From the NCBI RefSeq assembly GCF_003018255.1, contig NZ_CP027440.1: a stretch of DNA of 64,000 bases; one strand, 5' to 3'. The position numbers were made by a program, and so were the translations under genes. This stretch comes from Escherichia coli. Lineage in GTDB: Bacteria; Pseudomonadota; Gammaproteobacteria; Enterobacterales; Enterobacteriaceae. A model generated the notes under the pieces. The model did not search any database. It was given only the letters and a program-made list of their open reading frames with translations, and was not told the DNA's origin. Numbering within the stretch: the stretch's first letter is position 1; each line of letters begins with the position of its first letter. Shown here one piece after another: positions 17,665-35,884 of the stretch.

Positions 17665-17771
17665 TTTGTTCAGATTTCTCTCTTTTCTGAATCAATATTA
17701 TTGACTATAAGCCGCGTGAATATATGACTACACTTTGTGGGAAAACAAAGGCGTAATCACGCGGGCTACCT

Positions 17772-18294
17772 ATGATTCTTATAATTTATGCGCATCCGTA
17801 TCCGCATCATTCCCATGCGAATAAACGGATGCTTGAACAGGCAAGGACGCTGGAAGGCGTCGAAATTCGCTCTCTTTATCAACTCTATCCTGACTTCAAT
17901 ATCGATATTGCCGCCGAGCAGGAGGCGCTGTCTCGCGCCGATCTGATCGTCTGGCAGCACCCGATGCAGTGGTACAGCATTCCTCCGCTTCTTAAACTTT
18001 GGATCGATAAAGTCTTCTCGCACGGCTGGGCTTACGGTCACGGCGGCACGGCGCTGCATGGCAAACATTTACTGTGGGCGGTGACGACCGGCGGTGGGGA
18101 AAGCCATTTTGAGATTGGTGCGCATCCGGGCTTTGATGTGCTGTCACAGCCGCTACAGGCGACGGCAATCTACTGCGGGCTGAACTGGCTGCCACCGTTT
18201 GCCATGCACTGCACCTTTATTTGTGACGACGAAACCCTCGAAGGGCAGGCGCGGCACTATAAGCAACGTCTGCTGGAATGGCAGGAGGCACATC

Positions 18295-18302
<8 letters not shown>
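17772..18302 (+). CDS. kefF: KefC ancillary protein / quinone oxidoreductase (flavodoxin-like)
   Basis: 176-aa [26 protein letters not shown]...; overlaps kefC start by 8 nt. Confidence 0.95.
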
Positions 18303-20828
<2,526 letters not shown>

Positions 20829-20851
20829 GTTTGTATAGAATTTACGGCTAG

Positions 20852-20895
20852 TGCCGGATGCGACGCCGGTCGCGTCTTATCCGGCCTTCCTGTAT
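20852..20895. repeat. REP element between folA and apaH
   Basis: tgccggatgcgacgccggtcgcgtcttatccggcc matches REP consensus. Confidence 0.7.
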
Positions 20896-20905
20896 CAGGC
20901 TGTGT

Positions 20906-21748
20906 TTAAGACGCCGCCGCTTCGCCCAAATCCTTATGCCGGTTCGACGGCTGGACAAAATAGTGTTTATCTTCCCAGCGCAGGCAGGTTAATGTACCAC
21001 CCCAGCAGCAGCCAGTATCCAGCGCGTAAATACCTTCCGGCGTACCTTTGCCTTCCAGCGATGCCCAGTGACCAAAGGCGATGCTGTACTCTTCAGCGAC
21101 AGGGCCAGGAATCGCAAACCACGGTTTCAGTGGGGCAGGGGCCTCTTCCGGCGATTCTTTGCTGTACATATCCAGTTGACCGTTCGGGAAGCAAAAACGC
21201 ATACGGGTAAAGGCGTTGGTGATAAACCGCAGTCTTCCCAGCCCCCGCAATTCCGGTGACCAGTTATTTGGCATATCGCCGTACATGGCATCAAGGAAGA
21301 AGGGGTAGGAGTCGCTCGACAGCACCGCTTCTACATCGCGCGCGCACTCTTTGGCGGTCTGTAGATCCCACTGTGGCGTGATCCCGGCGTGGGCCATCAC
21401 CAGCTTTTTCTCTTCGTCGATTTGCAGCAGAGGCTGGCGACGCAGCCAGTTAAGCAGCTCGTCGGCATCCGGCGCTTCCAGCAGCGGTGTCAGGCGATCT
21501 TTCGGTTTATTGCGGCTGATCCCGGCAAATACCGCCAGCAGATGCAGATCGTGATTGCCCAGCACCAGACGTACGCTGTCGCCTAAGGATTTCACATAGC
21601 GCAGAACATCCAGCGAACCCGGGCCGCGCGCGACCAGATCGCCCGTCAGCCAGAGGGTATCTTTCCCAGGGGTAAATTCTACTTTATGCAGCAATGCGAT
21701 CAGTTCATCGTAACAACCATGAACGTCGCCAATAAGGTATGTCGCCAT
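20906..21748 (-). CDS. apaH: bis(5'-nucleosyl)-tetraphosphatase (symmetrical)
   Basis: 280-aa [23 protein letters not shown]... (calcineurin-like phosphoesterase motif GDVHG). Confidence 0.95.
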   Translation of the reverse strand: MATYLIGDVHGCYDELIALLHKVEFTPGKDTLWLTGDLVARGPGSLDVLRYVKSLGDSVRLVLGNHDLHLLAVFAGISRNKPKDRLTPLLEAPDADELLNWLRRQPLLQIDEEKKLVMAHAGITPQWDLQTAKECARDVEAVLSSDSYPFFLDAMYGDMPNNWSPELRGLGRLRFITNAFTRMRFCFPNGQLDMYSKESPEEAPAPLKPWFAIPGPVAEEYSIAFGHWASLEGKGTPEGIYALDTGCCWGGTLTCLRWEDKHYFVQPSNRHKDLGEAAAS

Positions 21749-21754
21749 ATTCTT

Positions 21755-22132
21755 TTAATGAATGAGTGTGGGAACGGCGAGTCGGAATACGGGAATGTCG
21801 ATGCTGAAAGGGACGCCATTTTCATCGATCATTTCGTAGTGACCCTGCATGGTGCCCAGCGGGGTTTCAATGATTGCACCGCTGGTGTACTGGTACTCTT
21901 CGCCAGGTGCGATAAGTGGCTGGACGCCAACCACTCCTTCGCCCTGGACTTCGGTTTCACGGCCATTGCCATTGGTGATCAGCCAGTAACGCCCCAACAA
22001 CTGCACTGGCGCTCGCCCCAGATTGCGTATGGTTACGGTATAAGCAAAAACGTAACGTTCATTATCAGGTGAAGATTGTGCCTCAATGTAGACGCTTTGA
22101 ACCTGAATACACACTCGGGGCGAATTGATCAT
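21755..22132 (-). CDS. apaG: ApaG (DUF525) protein
   Basis: ORF 21755..22186; start taken at [23 protein letters not shown] (125 aa). Confidence 0.9.
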   Translation of the reverse strand: MINSPRVCIQVQSVYIEAQSSPDNERYVFAYTVTIRNLGRAPVQLLGRYWLITNGNGRETEVQGEGVVGVQPLIAPGEEYQYTSGAIIETPLGTMQGHYEMIDENGVPFSIDIPVFRLAVPTLIH

Positions 22133-22134
22133 CG

Positions 22135-25228
<3,094 letters not shown>

Positions 25229-25280
25229 ACTTTTTCCATTTCAATTAACCGCACTGCGGATTACGTGGTAAATCAACAAA

Positions 25281-27635
25281 TCACAAAGTGTTTTGATACG
25301 GCAGAATGTTCGAACGCAGCATCTCTTGCGTACCCAGACCGTAGTTGGAGCTCAGGCCGCGAAGTTCGATGTTAAAGCCGATTGCGTTGTCATATACCGC
25401 ATGTTGTTTATCGTTATCCCAACCGTTCAGCTTCCGCTCGTAACCGACGCGAATTGCATAGCAGCAGGAGCTGTATTGCACACCTAACATAGAGTCGGCT
25501 TGCTTGTTCGCATTGGTGTCGTAGTAGTAGGCCCCAACAATTGACCAACGATCGGCAATTGGCCAGCTGGCGACGGCACCTACCTGCGAAATACCATTCT
25601 TATATTGCTCAGCAGTGGAATAGTACTTAGGCAGCGTAGCCTGAATATATTCCGGGCTGGCGTAACGGTAATTCAGCTGTACCAGACGGTCTTCATCCCG
25701 ACGGTATTCAATGCTGGAGTTACTGGTCGCTACGTTATCCAGACGTGTATCGTACTGAATTCCGCCACGCAATCCCCAACGCTCTGAGATACGCCAGTAA
25801 GTATCGCCTGCCCACACCAGTGAGCCCGTTTTGTCGTCATTCTCCCATGTTATGTTGTCATCGCCAGTGCGAGACTCCGTGAAATAGTAGATTTGACCAA
25901 CGGAAATATTAAAACGTTCAACGGCAGCATCATCATATATGCGAGATGTGACACCGGTCGTCACCTGGTTAGCGGAGGCAATACGGTCAAGACCGCCGTA
26001 AGTCCGGTCCCGGAACAGGCCAGAGTAGTCAGATTGCAGCAGAGACGAGTCGTAGTTATAGATGTCGCTCTGATCGCGATACGGCACGTATAAATACTGC
26101 GCGCGCGGTTCCAGCGTTTGGGTATAACCCGGCGCCAGCATTTCCATATCGCGTTCAAAGACCATTTTGCCGTCAACTTTGAATTGCGGCATTACGCGGT
26201 TAACGGATTCGTCCAGCTTGGTTGTGTTTCTGGAGTTATACCAGTCAAGATTAGTTTGCTGATAATGGGTTGCCAGCAACTTCGCTTCGGTATTGATGCT
26301 GCCCCAGTTATTAGAGAGCGGCAAATTGATGGTCGGTTCCAGGTGAACACGGGTTGCTTCAGGCATGTCGTCTCTGGTGTTAACAAAGTGCACTGCCTGG
26401 CCGTAAATGCGTGTATCAAACGGACCAACATCATTCTGGTAGTAGTTAACGTCTAACTGCGGCTCTGCCGAGTAGCTACTGGTGTTCTGCTCGCTGAAGA
26501 CCTGGAACTGCTTGGTTGAAACGGTGGCATTGAAGTTTTGCACCGCATAGCCAACGCTGAATTTTTGCGTTGCGTAGCCGTCAGTACTGGAACCGTACTT
26601 GTTATCAAAATCATTGAAGTAGCTAGGATCGCTGACCTTGGTGTAGTCGACGTTGAAACGCCACACCTGATCCATGACCCCGGAGTGGTTCCAGTAGAAT
26701 AACCAACGACGTGAACTGTCATCGTTCGGGTGTTCATCTTCATAGACTTTATCTGAAGGCAGATAGTCCAGTTCCATCAAGCCAGCGCCCGCCTGGGAGA
26801 GGTAGCGGAATTCGTTCTCCCACATGATATTGCCACGACGATGCATATAATGCGGCGTGATGGTGGCATCCATATTTGGCGCGATGTTCCAGTAATATGG
26901 CAGGTAGAACTCAAAGTAGTTGGTGGTGGTGTACTTGGCGTTCGGGATCAAGAAACCAGAGCGACGTTTGTCACCCACCGGCAACTGCAAATAGGGGCTA
27001 TAAAAGATCGGTACCGGACCCACCTTAAAGCGGGCGTTCCAGATCTCCGCAACTTGTTCTTCGCGGTCATGAATAATTTCGCTGCCTACCACGCTCCAGG
27101 TGTCAGAACCCGGCAGACAGGAGGTAAAGCTACCGTTATCCAGAATGGTATAGCGGTTTTCGCCACGTTGTTTCATCAGGTCCGCTTTACCGCGACCCTG
27201 GCGACCCACCATCTGGTAATCACCCTCCCAGACGTTGGTATCTTTGGTGTTCAGATTCGCCCAGCCTTTCGGCCCTTTGAGGATCACCTGGTTATCGTCG
27301 TAATGGACATTACCGAGCGCATCAACGGTACGTACCGGCTCTGGTTGTCCTGGCGCCTCTTTTTGATGGAGCTGCACTTCGTCGGCCTGCAGACGGCTGT
27401 TACCCTGCATGATATCCACGCTGCCAGTAAACACGGCGTCATCCGGGTAGTCCCCTTTCGCGTGGTCAGCATTGATAGTCACGGGTAAGTCATTGGTATC
27501 GCCCTGTACCAGAGGACGGTCATAGCTTGGCACGCCCAACATGCACTGTGAGGCGAGGTCGGCTGCCAGTCCCTGTTGACTATAAAGGGCGGTGGCAATC
27601 ATGGTGGCCAGGAGAGTGGGGATACGTTTTTTCAT
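25281..27635 (-). CDS. lptD: LPS-assembly outer-membrane protein
   Basis: 784-aa [27 protein letters not shown]...; large beta-barrel OMP. Confidence 0.95.
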
Positions 27636-27889
27636 ACGTTGATTTTATTGTTCCATCATCGGTAACGTTGCGCGTGACAAACGGTCAGAGACTAACGTAC
27701 TCGTCATCTCTACGCTAGTGTTAATCCTGTCCGAATAGCGTCAGTGGTGTTAGGCACGGCATTGAATGACAGGTATGATAATGCAAATTATAGGCGATGT
27801 CCCACAATTGACCGCAGCCGGAAAACGGTAAAAGCACCTTTATATTGTGGGAGATAGCCCTGATATCCGTGTGTCGATTTGGGGAATAT

Positions 27890-28705
27890 ATGCAGTATTG
27901 GGGAAAAATCATTGGCGTGGCCGTGGCCTTACTGATGGGCGGCGGCTTTTGGGGCGTAGTGTTAGGCCTGTTAATTGGCCATATGTTTGATAAAGCCCGT
28001 AGCCGTAAAATGGCGTGGTTCGCCAACCAGCGTGAGCGTCAGGCGCTGTTTTTTGCCACCACTTTTGAAGTGATGGGGCATTTAACCAAATCCAAAGGTC
28101 GCGTCACGGAGGCTGATATTCATATCGCCAGCCAGTTGATGGACCGAATGAACCTTCATGGCGCTTCCCGTACTGCGGCGCAAAACGCGTTCCGGGTGGG
28201 AAAATCAGACAATTACCCGCTGCGCGAAAAGATGCGCCAGTTTCGCAGTGTCTGCTTTGGTCGTTTTGACTTAATTCGTATGTTTCTGGAGATCCAGATT
28301 CAGGCGGCGTTTGCTGATGGTTCACTGCACCCGAATGAACGGGCTGTGCTGTATGTCATTGCTGAAGAATTAGGGATCTCCCGCGCCCAGTTTGACCAGT
28401 TTTTGCGCATGATGCAGGGCGGTGCACAGTTTGGCGGCGGTTATCAGCAGCAATCTGGCGGTGGTAACTGGCAGCAAGCGCAGCGTGGCCCAACGCTGGA
28501 AGATGCCTGTAATGTGCTGGGCGTGAAGCCGACGGATGATGCGACCACCATCAAACGTGCCTACCGTAAGCTGATGAGTGAACACCATCCCGATAAGCTG
28601 GTGGCGAAAGGTTTGCCGCCTGAGATGATGGAGATGGCGAAGCAAAAAGCGCAGGAAATTCAGCAGGCCTATGAATTGATTAAGCTGCAGAAAGGGTTTA
28701 AATAA
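27890..28705 (+). CDS. djlA: DnaJ-like membrane co-chaperone
   Basis: ORF 27845..28705; DjlA from [22 protein letters not shown] with C-terminal J domain (HHPDK). Confidence 0.93.
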   Translation: MQYWGKIIGVAVALLMGGGFWGVVLGLLIGHMFDKARSRKMAWFANQRERQALFFATTFEVMGHLTKSKGRVTEADIHIASQLMDRMNLHGASRTAAQNAFRVGKSDNYPLREKMRQFRSVCFGRFDLIRMFLEIQIQAAFADGSLHPNERAVLYVIAEELGISRAQFDQFLRMMQGGAQFGGGYQQQSGGGNWQQAQRGPTLEDACNVLGVKPTDDATTIKRAYRKLMSEHHPDKLVAKGLPPEMMEMAKQKAQEIQQAYELIKLQKGFK

Positions 28706-28713
28706 GTTTCAAC

Positions 28714-28802
28714 GTGTAGGCCTGATAAGACGCGGCCCGCGTCGCATCAGGCAATCGGCGCAAAATTGCCGGATGCGGCGTGAACGCCTTCTCCGGCCTA
28801 CC
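28714..28802. repeat. pair of inverted REP elements filling the djlA-rluA intergenic region
   Basis: gtgtaggcctgataagacgcggcccgcgtcgcatcaggc and tgccggatgcggcgtgaacgccttctccggcctacc. Confidence 0.75.
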
Positions 28803-28822
28803 GAACTTCGCCAGCGTGACTA

Positions 28823-29482
28823 TTAAAAATCCGCTGGTGCTTTAAACGTCATACTATTGCCATACGCCGGATGGGTAATCGTCAGCATCTCTGCATGTAG
28901 CAACAAACGTGGTGCCATTGCTCTCGCTTCTGGTGATGCATAAAAACGATCGCCGAGAATCGGATGACCCAGCGCCAGCATATGCACACGCAGCTGATGC
29001 GAACGCCCGGTAATCGGTTTTAACACCACTCTTGCCGTGTTATCCGCCGCATATTCCACCACTTCATACTCCGTCTGCGCAGGTTTACCTGTTTCGTAAC
29101 AGACTTTCTGTTTCGGGCGGTTTGGCCAGTCGCAAATCAGCGGCAGATCCACCAGACCTTCCGCAGGGGATGGATGCCCCCAGACGCGGGCCACATACTG
29201 TTTTTTAGGCTCGCGCTCGCGGAACTGGCGTTTTAACTCCCGCTCCGCGGCTTTGGTCAGCGCCACTACAATCACGCCGCTGGTAGCCATATCCAGACGA
29301 TGCACCGATTCTGCCTGCGGATAATCACGCTGAATGCGCGTCATCACGCTGTCTTTGTGCTCTTCCAGACGACCCGGCACAGACAACAAACCGCTCGGCT
29401 TGTTGACCACCATAATATGGTCATCCTGATACAGGACAACCAGCCAGGGTTCCTGCGGCGGATTGTAGTTTTCCATCCCCAT
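28823..29482 (-). CDS. rluA: 23S rRNA / tRNA pseudouridine synthase A
   Basis: 219-aa ORF with RluA-family motif HRLDMATSG. Confidence 0.95.
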   Translation of the reverse strand: MGMENYNPPQEPWLVVLYQDDHIMVVNKPSGLLSVPGRLEEHKDSVMTRIQRDYPQAESVHRLDMATSGVIVVALTKAAERELKRQFREREPKKQYVARVWGHPSPAEGLVDLPLICDWPNRPKQKVCYETGKPAQTEYEVVEYAADNTARVVLKPITGRSHQLRVHMLALGHPILGDRFYASPEARAMAPRLLLHAEMLTITHPAYGNSMTFKAPADF

Positions 29483-29493
29483 CTTCGGCTCCG

Positions 29494-32400
29494 TTACTGA
29501 TGCGTCACAACGATCAAACGCAGGGCATCCAGACGCCAGCCTGCCTGATCCAGGCTTTCCATTACCTGCTGACGGTTGCTCTCAATGGCGGTCAGTTCGT
29601 CGTCACGAATGTTCGGGTTAACTGCACGCAGCGCTTCCAGACGAGACAGCTCGGCAGACAGTTTTTCGTCGGCTTCGTTACGTGCGGCATCAATCAATGC
29701 ACGGGCAGATTTCTCGATCTGCGCTTCCCCCAGCTGAAGGATAGCGTGAACATCCTGCTGCACGGCGTTAACCAGCTTGCTGCCGGTGTGACGGTTAACC
29801 GCGTTAAGCTGGCGGTTAAAGGTTTCAAACTCTACCTGCGCCGCCAGGTTGTTGCCGTTTTTATCCAGCAGCATACGTACCGGCGTCGGTGGCAGGAAGC
29901 GGTTGAGCTGCAACTGCTTCGGAGCCTGGGCTTCAACCACATAAATCAGTTCCACCAACAGCGTACCTACCGGCAACGCTTTGTTTTTCAACAGTGAAAT
30001 CGTGCTGCTACCGGTATCGCCAGAAAGGATCAGATCCAGACCGTTGCGGATCAGCGGATGCTCCCAGGTAATAAACTGTGCATCTTCACGCGCCAGCGCC
30101 ACTTCACGGTCGAAGGTGATGGTGATGCCATCTTCCGACAGGCCAGGGAAGTCCGGCACCAGCATATGATCGGACGGCGTCAGCACGATCATGTTGTCGC
30201 CGCGATCGTCCTGATTGATACCGATAATATCGAACAGGTTCATGGCGAAGGCGATCAGGTTGGTATCGTCATCCTGCTCTTCAATGCTTTCTGCCAGTGC
30301 CTGGGCTTTTTCGCCACCGTTGGAATGGATTTCCAGCAGGCGGTCACGACCTTGTTCCAGCTGTGCTTTCAGCGCTTCATGTTGCTCGCGGCAGTTTTTG
30401 ATCAGATCGTCAAAGCCTTCGGTTTGATCCGGTGAAGCCAGATAGTTAATCAGATCGTTGTATACACTATCGTAAATAGTGCGTCCGGTCGGGCAGGTGT
30501 GCTCGAATGCATCCAGACCTTCGTGATACCAGCGCACCAGCACCGACTGAGCAGTTTTTTCCAGATAAGGCACATGGATCTGAATATCGTGCGCCTGACC
30601 GATACGATCCAGACGACCAATACGCTGCTCCAGCAGATCCGGGTTGAATGGCAGGTCAAACATCACCATGTGGCTGGCGAACTGGAAGTTACGTCCTTCA
30701 GAACCGATTTCCGAGCACAGCAGTACCTGCGCACCGGTGTCTTCTTCAGCAAACCAGGCGGCAGCGCGGTCACGTTCGATAATCGACATGCCTTCGTGGA
30801 ACACAGCAGCGCGGATACCTTCACGTTCGCGCAGTACTTGCTCCAGTTGCAGCGCAGTGGCAGCTTTGGCGCAGATCACCAGCACTTTCTGAGAGCGATG
30901 GCTGGTCAGGTAGCCCATCAGCCATTCAACGCGCGGATCGAAGTTCCACCAGGTGGCGTTATCGCCTTCAAATTCCTGATAAATACGCTCCGGGTAGAGC
31001 ATATCGCGAGCGCGATCTTCCGCACTTTTACGTGCGCCCATAATGCCGGAGACTTTAATAGCGGTCTGATACTGCGTCGGCAGTGGCAGCTTAATAGTAT
31101 GCAGCTCGCGTTTCGGGAAGCCTTTCACACCGTTACGCGTGTTACGGAACAGCACGCGGCTGGTGCCGTGGCGATCCATCAGCATCGAAACCAGTTCCTG
31201 ACGGGCGCTCTGGGCATCTTCGCTGTCGCTGTTTGCTGCTTGCAACAGCGGCTCGATATCCTGCTCGCCGATCATCTCACCGAGCATGTTCAGTTCATCA
31301 TTGCTCAGTTTGTTACCTGCCAGCAGCATGGCAACGGCGTCCGCAACCGGACGATAATTTTTCTGCTCTTCAACGAATTGCGCAAAATCGTGGAAACGGT
31401 TCGGGTCCAGCAGACGCAGACGGGCGAAGTGGCTTTCCATCCCCAGCTGTTCCGGGGTTGCGGTCAGCAGCAGAACGCCCGGCACGTGCTCTGCCAGTTG
31501 TTCAATGGCCTGATATTCGCGGCTCGGCGCATCTTCGCTCCACACCAGGTGATGGGCTTCATCGACCACCAGCAGATCCCATTCGGCTTCACAGAGATGT
31601 TCCAGACGCTGTTTGCTACGACGAGCAAAATCCAGCGAGCAAATCACCAGCTGTTCGGTATCGAACGGGTTGTAAGCATCGTGCTGAGCTTCGGCATAAC
31701 GCTCATCATCAAACAGAGCAAAGCGCAGGTTGAAACGGCGCAGCATTTCTACCAGCCACTGATGCTGTAAGGTTTCCGGGACGATAATCAGCACACGTTC
31801 AGCAGCGCCAGAGAGCAGTTGCTGATGCAGGATCATCCCGGCTTCAATGGTTTTCCCTAAACCCACTTCGTCAGCCAGCAGGACGCGCGGCGCGTGGCGG
31901 CGGCCAACATCATGAGCGATGTTGAGCTGGTGCGGGATCAGGCTGGTACGCTGACCGCGCAGGCCGCTGTACGGCATACGGAACTGTTCGCTGGAATACT
32001 TACGCGCGCGATAACGCAGCGCAAAGCGGTCCATACGGTCAATCTGCCCGGCAAACAGACGGTCCTGCGGTTTGCTGAACACCAGTTTGCTATCAAGGAA
32101 AACTTCACGCAGGGCTACGCCGGACTCTTCAGTATCCAGGCGAGTACCGATATAGGTCAGCAAGCCATTTTCTTCTTTTACTTCTTCGACTTGCATCTGC
32201 CAGCCGTCATGGCTGGTAATAGTATCACCAGGGTTGAACATCACGCGGGTCACGGGGGAATCACTGCGTGCGTACAGACGGTTTTCACCAGTAGATGGGA
32301 AAAGTAAAGTGACAGTTCGCGCATCCACCGCGACAACGGTTCCAAGTCCCAATTCGCTTTCTGTATCGCTGATCCAGCGTTGACCAAGTGTAAAAGGCAT
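29494..32400 (-). CDS. rapA: RNA polymerase-associated SWI2/SNF2 ATPase
   Basis: 968-aa ORF with helicase motifs ([13 protein letters not shown]). Confidence 0.96.
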
Positions 32401-32563
32401 ATGTGTTCGGCTCTATATCTTTAATTGCAGGCAATAACCACCCGCTACCGTGCTTATGAGGTAGTGGTGTTATTCAGGTCCAGGAATGGAAAGGGCGCTA
32501 TGGTACTGGATGGCAAAGCATTCGTCACGCATCAAAATGGTATCTGGCGAACTCTTTTTTTGC

Positions 32564-34915
32564 TCAAAATAGCCCAAGTTGCCCGGTCATAAGTGTAGCA
32601 AAATTATCCTCAATAAAAGGGAGTATTCCCTCCGCCACGGGTTGTAGCTGGCGGGTCAGATAGTGTTCGTAATCCAGCGGTGAACGTTGGTAGTCCAGCG
32701 GCTCCGGGCCGTTGGTGGTCCATACGTACTTAATGGAGCCGCGGTTCTGATATTGCAAGGGGCGACCGCGCTTTTGGTTTTCTTCATCGGCAAGGCGAGC
32801 GGCGCGTACATGAGGCGGAACATTACGCTGATATTCGCTCAGCGGACGGCGAAGGCGTTTACGGTAAACCAGCCGCGCATCCAGTTCGCCCGCCATCAGC
32901 TTGTCGATGGTTTCGCGCACGTATTCCTGATATGGCTCGTTGCGGAAGATACGCAGGTACAGCTCCTGCTGAAACTGCTGGGCCAGCGGCGTCCAGTCGG
33001 TGCGCACGGTTTCCAGCCCTTTAAATACCATCCGCTGTTTGTCGCCCTCCTGAATCAGTCCGGCGTAGCGCTTTTTGCTGCCGGTATCGGCTCCGCGAAT
33101 GGTTGGCATCAGAAAACGGCAGAAATGGGTTTCATACTCCAGTTCCAGTGCGCTGGTTAGCCGTTGTTTTTGCAGCGTTTCTGCCCACCAGGCGTTAACG
33201 TGCTGCACCAGTGCACGACCAATTTTCGCCGCTTCTTCTTCCGAATGTGCGCCTTTCAACCAGACAAACGTTGAGTCGGTATCGCCGTAGATCACGTCGT
33301 AGCCCTGCGCTTCAATCAACGCTTTGGTTTGCCGCATGATCTGATGACCACGCATAGTGATCGACGACGCCAGGCGCGGATCGAAGAAGCGGCAGGCGGT
33401 GGTGCCAAGCACGCCATAAAAGGCATTCATAATGATCTTCAGCGCCTGCGAAAGCGGCTTATTACCCTGACGTTTGGCTTCATCGCGCCCGTGCCAGATG
33501 TTAGTCACAATCTCCGGCAGGCAATGTTTTTCTCGCGAGAACCAGGCATCGAGAAAGCCTTCGGTGCTGTGCTCTGGATCAGGCTGCGCCATGCCTTCCA
33601 CCAGCCCGACGGGATCAATCAGAAAGGTGCGGATGATCGACGGGTACAGGCTTTTGTAGTCCAGCACCAGCACCGAATCATAAAGCCCAGGTCGCGAATC
33701 CATCACGTAGCCGCCAGGGCTGGCGTGCGGCGGCACTTCGCCGAGATTAGGCGCGACATAACCAGCGCGATGCATACGGGGAAAATAGAGATGACCAAAC
33801 GCTGCCACCGAACCGCCGTGTCGATCTACCGGCAGGCCGTTCACCGTCGCCCGTTCGAGCAAAAACGGCATGATTTCAGTTTTGTGGAAGATCTGCGTCA
33901 CCAGCTCGCAATCTTTCAGGTTATAAGTTGCCAGCGCAGGCTTATCTTCGGCGAAACGGCGGTCAATTTCGTCCATTCGATCCCACGGGTTATCGATAGA
34001 TTTTCCTTCGCCTAATAACTCCTGAGCGACGGTTTCCAGCGAGAATGAAGAGAAATTCCAGAACGCGGATTTCAGTGCCTCGATACCGTCGATAATTAGC
34101 CGACCTTTAACCTGAGCAAAAAACACACCGTTTTTAAAGCCGTGCTCGCGCCACTCCAGCTCGCTGTTATCGCGCCCCAGCCGCAGCGGAATACGGTAAC
34201 GCTCGGCATGTTTTTGCAGCATTCGCAGATCGAACTGCACCACGTTCCAGCCGATGATCACATCGGGATCGTGAGTCGCAAACCAGGCGTTGAGTTTTTC
34301 CAGTAGCTGCGGGCGGCTGGCGACGTACTCCAGTTCAAAATCGAGCGCGGAGGCGTCGCCATTCTCTGGCCCCAGCATATAAACGATGCGCTGCCCGCAA
34401 CCTTCCAGGCCGATGCAGTACAGCTCACCGTGGCGGGTGGTTTCAATATCAATAGAAACCCACTTGAGCGGCGGACGGTAGTCGGGATGCGGTTTCAGAC
34501 GGGCATTAACGATAGCGCCATTGCGTATATCACCCTCGACCCATACCGGTGAGGTGATAAACCGCTCCATCAGATAGCGTTCTGGCGGGCGCACATCGGC
34601 CTCGTAGACGGTAACGCCACCTTCACGCAGGCGCTTTTCGTAATTCATCAACTGGCGATGGGCGCGACAGTAAAGGCCATACACCGGCTGGCGATGAAAA
34701 TCCTTTAACGCCAGCGGCGTCAGGCGAAAGCCTTGCTCACCCTGCAAAATATGCTGGGCGCGGGGAACCTGATCGGCGGGAATAAACGCCACGGACTCTT
34801 GCGGCGCAAGCGTAACCTGCAACGGCCCGTTGTCCGTCGCTAACCAAAAGGAAACTTCGGTTCCTTGCGGGGTATCCCGCCAGTGTCGGGTTAAGATAAA
34901 ACCTGCCTGCGCCAC
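32564..34915 (-). CDS. polB: DNA polymerase II (B-family)
   Basis: 783-aa ORF, GTG start; B-family polymerase motifs (YGDTDS). Confidence 0.96.
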   Translation of the reverse strand: MAQAGFILTRHWRDTPQGTEVSFWLATDNGPLQVTLAPQESVAFIPADQVPRAQHILQGEQGFRLTPLALKDFHRQPVYGLYCRAHRQLMNYEKRLREGGVTVYEADVRPPERYLMERFITSPVWVEGDIRNGAIVNARLKPHPDYRPPLKWVSIDIETTRHGELYCIGLEGCGQRIVYMLGPENGDASALDFELEYVASRPQLLEKLNAWFATHDPDVIIGWNVVQFDLRMLQKHAERYRIPLRLGRDNSELEWREHGFKNGVFFAQVKGRLIIDGIEALKSAFWNFSSFSLETVAQELLGEGKSIDNPWDRMDEIDRRFAEDKPALATYNLKDCELVTQIFHKTEIMPFLLERATVNGLPVDRHGGSVAAFGHLYFPRMHRAGYVAPNLGEVPPHASPGGYVMDSRPGLYDSVLVLDYKSLYPSIIRTFLIDPVGLVEGMAQPDPEHSTEGFLDAWFSREKHCLPEIVTNIWHGRDEAKRQGNKPLSQALKIIMNAFYGVLGTTACRFFDPRLASSITMRGHQIMRQTKALIEAQGYDVIYGDTDSTFVWLKGAHSEEEAAKIGRALVQHVNAWWAETLQKQRLTSALELEYETHFCRFLMPTIRGADTGSKKRYAGLIQEGDKQRMVFKGLETVRTDWTPLAQQFQQELYLRIFRNEPYQEYVRETIDKLMAGELDARLVYRKRLRRPLSEYQRNVPPHVRAARLADEENQKRGRPLQYQNRGSIKYVWTTNGPEPLDYQRSPLDYEHYLTRQLQPVAEGILPFIEDNFATLMTGQLGLF

Positions 34916-34971
34916 GCTGAAAATCCAATAAAAAACCAGGCTTGATTATAGCCTGGTTTCGTTTGATTGGC

Positions 34972-34986
34972 TGTGGTTTTATACAG
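34972..34986 (-). promoter_or_regulatory. SOS (LexA) box-like palindrome upstream of polB: ctgtataaaccacag on the minus strand
   Basis: CTG...CAG palindrome about 57-72 nt upstream of the polB start; polB is a known LexA-regulated gene. As read, the spacer is 9 nt, not the canonical 10. Confidence 0.6.
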
Positions 34987-34989
34987 TCA

Positions 34990-35685
34990 TTACTGCCCGT
35001 AATATGCCTTCGCACCATGCTTACGCAGATAGTGTTTATCCAGCAGCGTTTGCTGCATATCCGGTAACTGCGGCGCTAACTGACGGCAGAATATCCCCAT
35101 ATAAGCGACCTCTTCCAGCACGATGGCGTTATGCACCGCATCTTCGGCATTTTTGCCCCATGCAAATGGGCCGTGAGAATGGACCAGGACGCCGGGCATT
35201 TGTGCTGCGTCGATTCCCTGTTTTTCGAAGGTTTCTACGATGACGTTACCGGTTTCCCACTCATATTCACCGTTGATTTCTGCGTCGGTCATTTTGCGGG
35301 TGCAGGGAATGGTGCCGTAGAAATAGTCGGCGTGGGTGGTACCGGTTGCCGGAATTGACTGGCCCGCCTGCGCCCAGATGGTGGCGTGGCGCGAGTGTGT
35401 GTGCACAATGCCGCCAATGGACGGGAATGCCTGATAGAGCAGCCGGTGAGTTGGCGTGTCGGAGGAGGGCTTTTTCGTTCCTTCAACCACTTCACCGGTT
35501 TCGATGCTGACCACGACCATATCGTCAGCGGTCATGACGTTGTAATCGACGCCGGAAGGTTTGATCACCAAGACGCCGCGCTCGCGATCAACGGCGCTGA
35601 CATTGCCCCATGTGAGCGTGATCAGGTTATGTTTTGGCAGCGCCAAATTGGCTTCTAATACCTGGCGTTTGAGATCTTCTAACAT
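34990..35685 (-). CDS. araD: L-ribulose-5-phosphate 4-epimerase
   Basis: 231-aa [37 protein letters not shown]... Confidence 0.97.
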   Translation of the reverse strand: MLEDLKRQVLEANLALPKHNLITLTWGNVSAVDRERGVLVIKPSGVDYNVMTADDMVVVSIETGEVVEGTKKPSSDTPTHRLLYQAFPSIGGIVHTHSRHATIWAQAGQSIPATGTTHADYFYGTIPCTRKMTDAEINGEYEWETGNVIVETFEKQGIDAAQMPGVLVHSHGPFAWGKNAEDAVHNAIVLEEVAYMGIFCRQLAPQLPDMQQTLLDKHYLRKHGAKAYYGQ

Positions 35686-35698
35686 GTTGACTCCTTCG

Positions 35699-35862
35699 TG
35701 CCGGATGCGCTTTGCTTATCCGGCCTACAAAATCGCAGCGTGTAGGCCTGATAAGACGCGTCAGCGTCGCATCAGGCGGTGAATGCCGGATGCGCTTTGC
35801 TTATCCGGCCTACAAAATCACAGCGTGTAGGCCTGATAAGACGCGTCAGCGTCGCATCAGGC
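35699..35862. repeat. two tandem BIME units (85-bp period), each a REP plus inverted REP
   Basis: Unit tgccggatgcgctttgcttatccggcctacaaaatc(g/a)cagcgtgtaggcctgataagacgcgtcagcgtcgcatcaggc occurs at about 35699 and 35784. Confidence 0.85.
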
Positions 35863-35884
35863 GTTACACACCTGATGCGGCTAC

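Noticed and set aside
30499-31770. 423-aa plus-strand ORF inside rapA
   Set aside because: Antisense to rapA; no recognisable domain in the translation; same artefact class.
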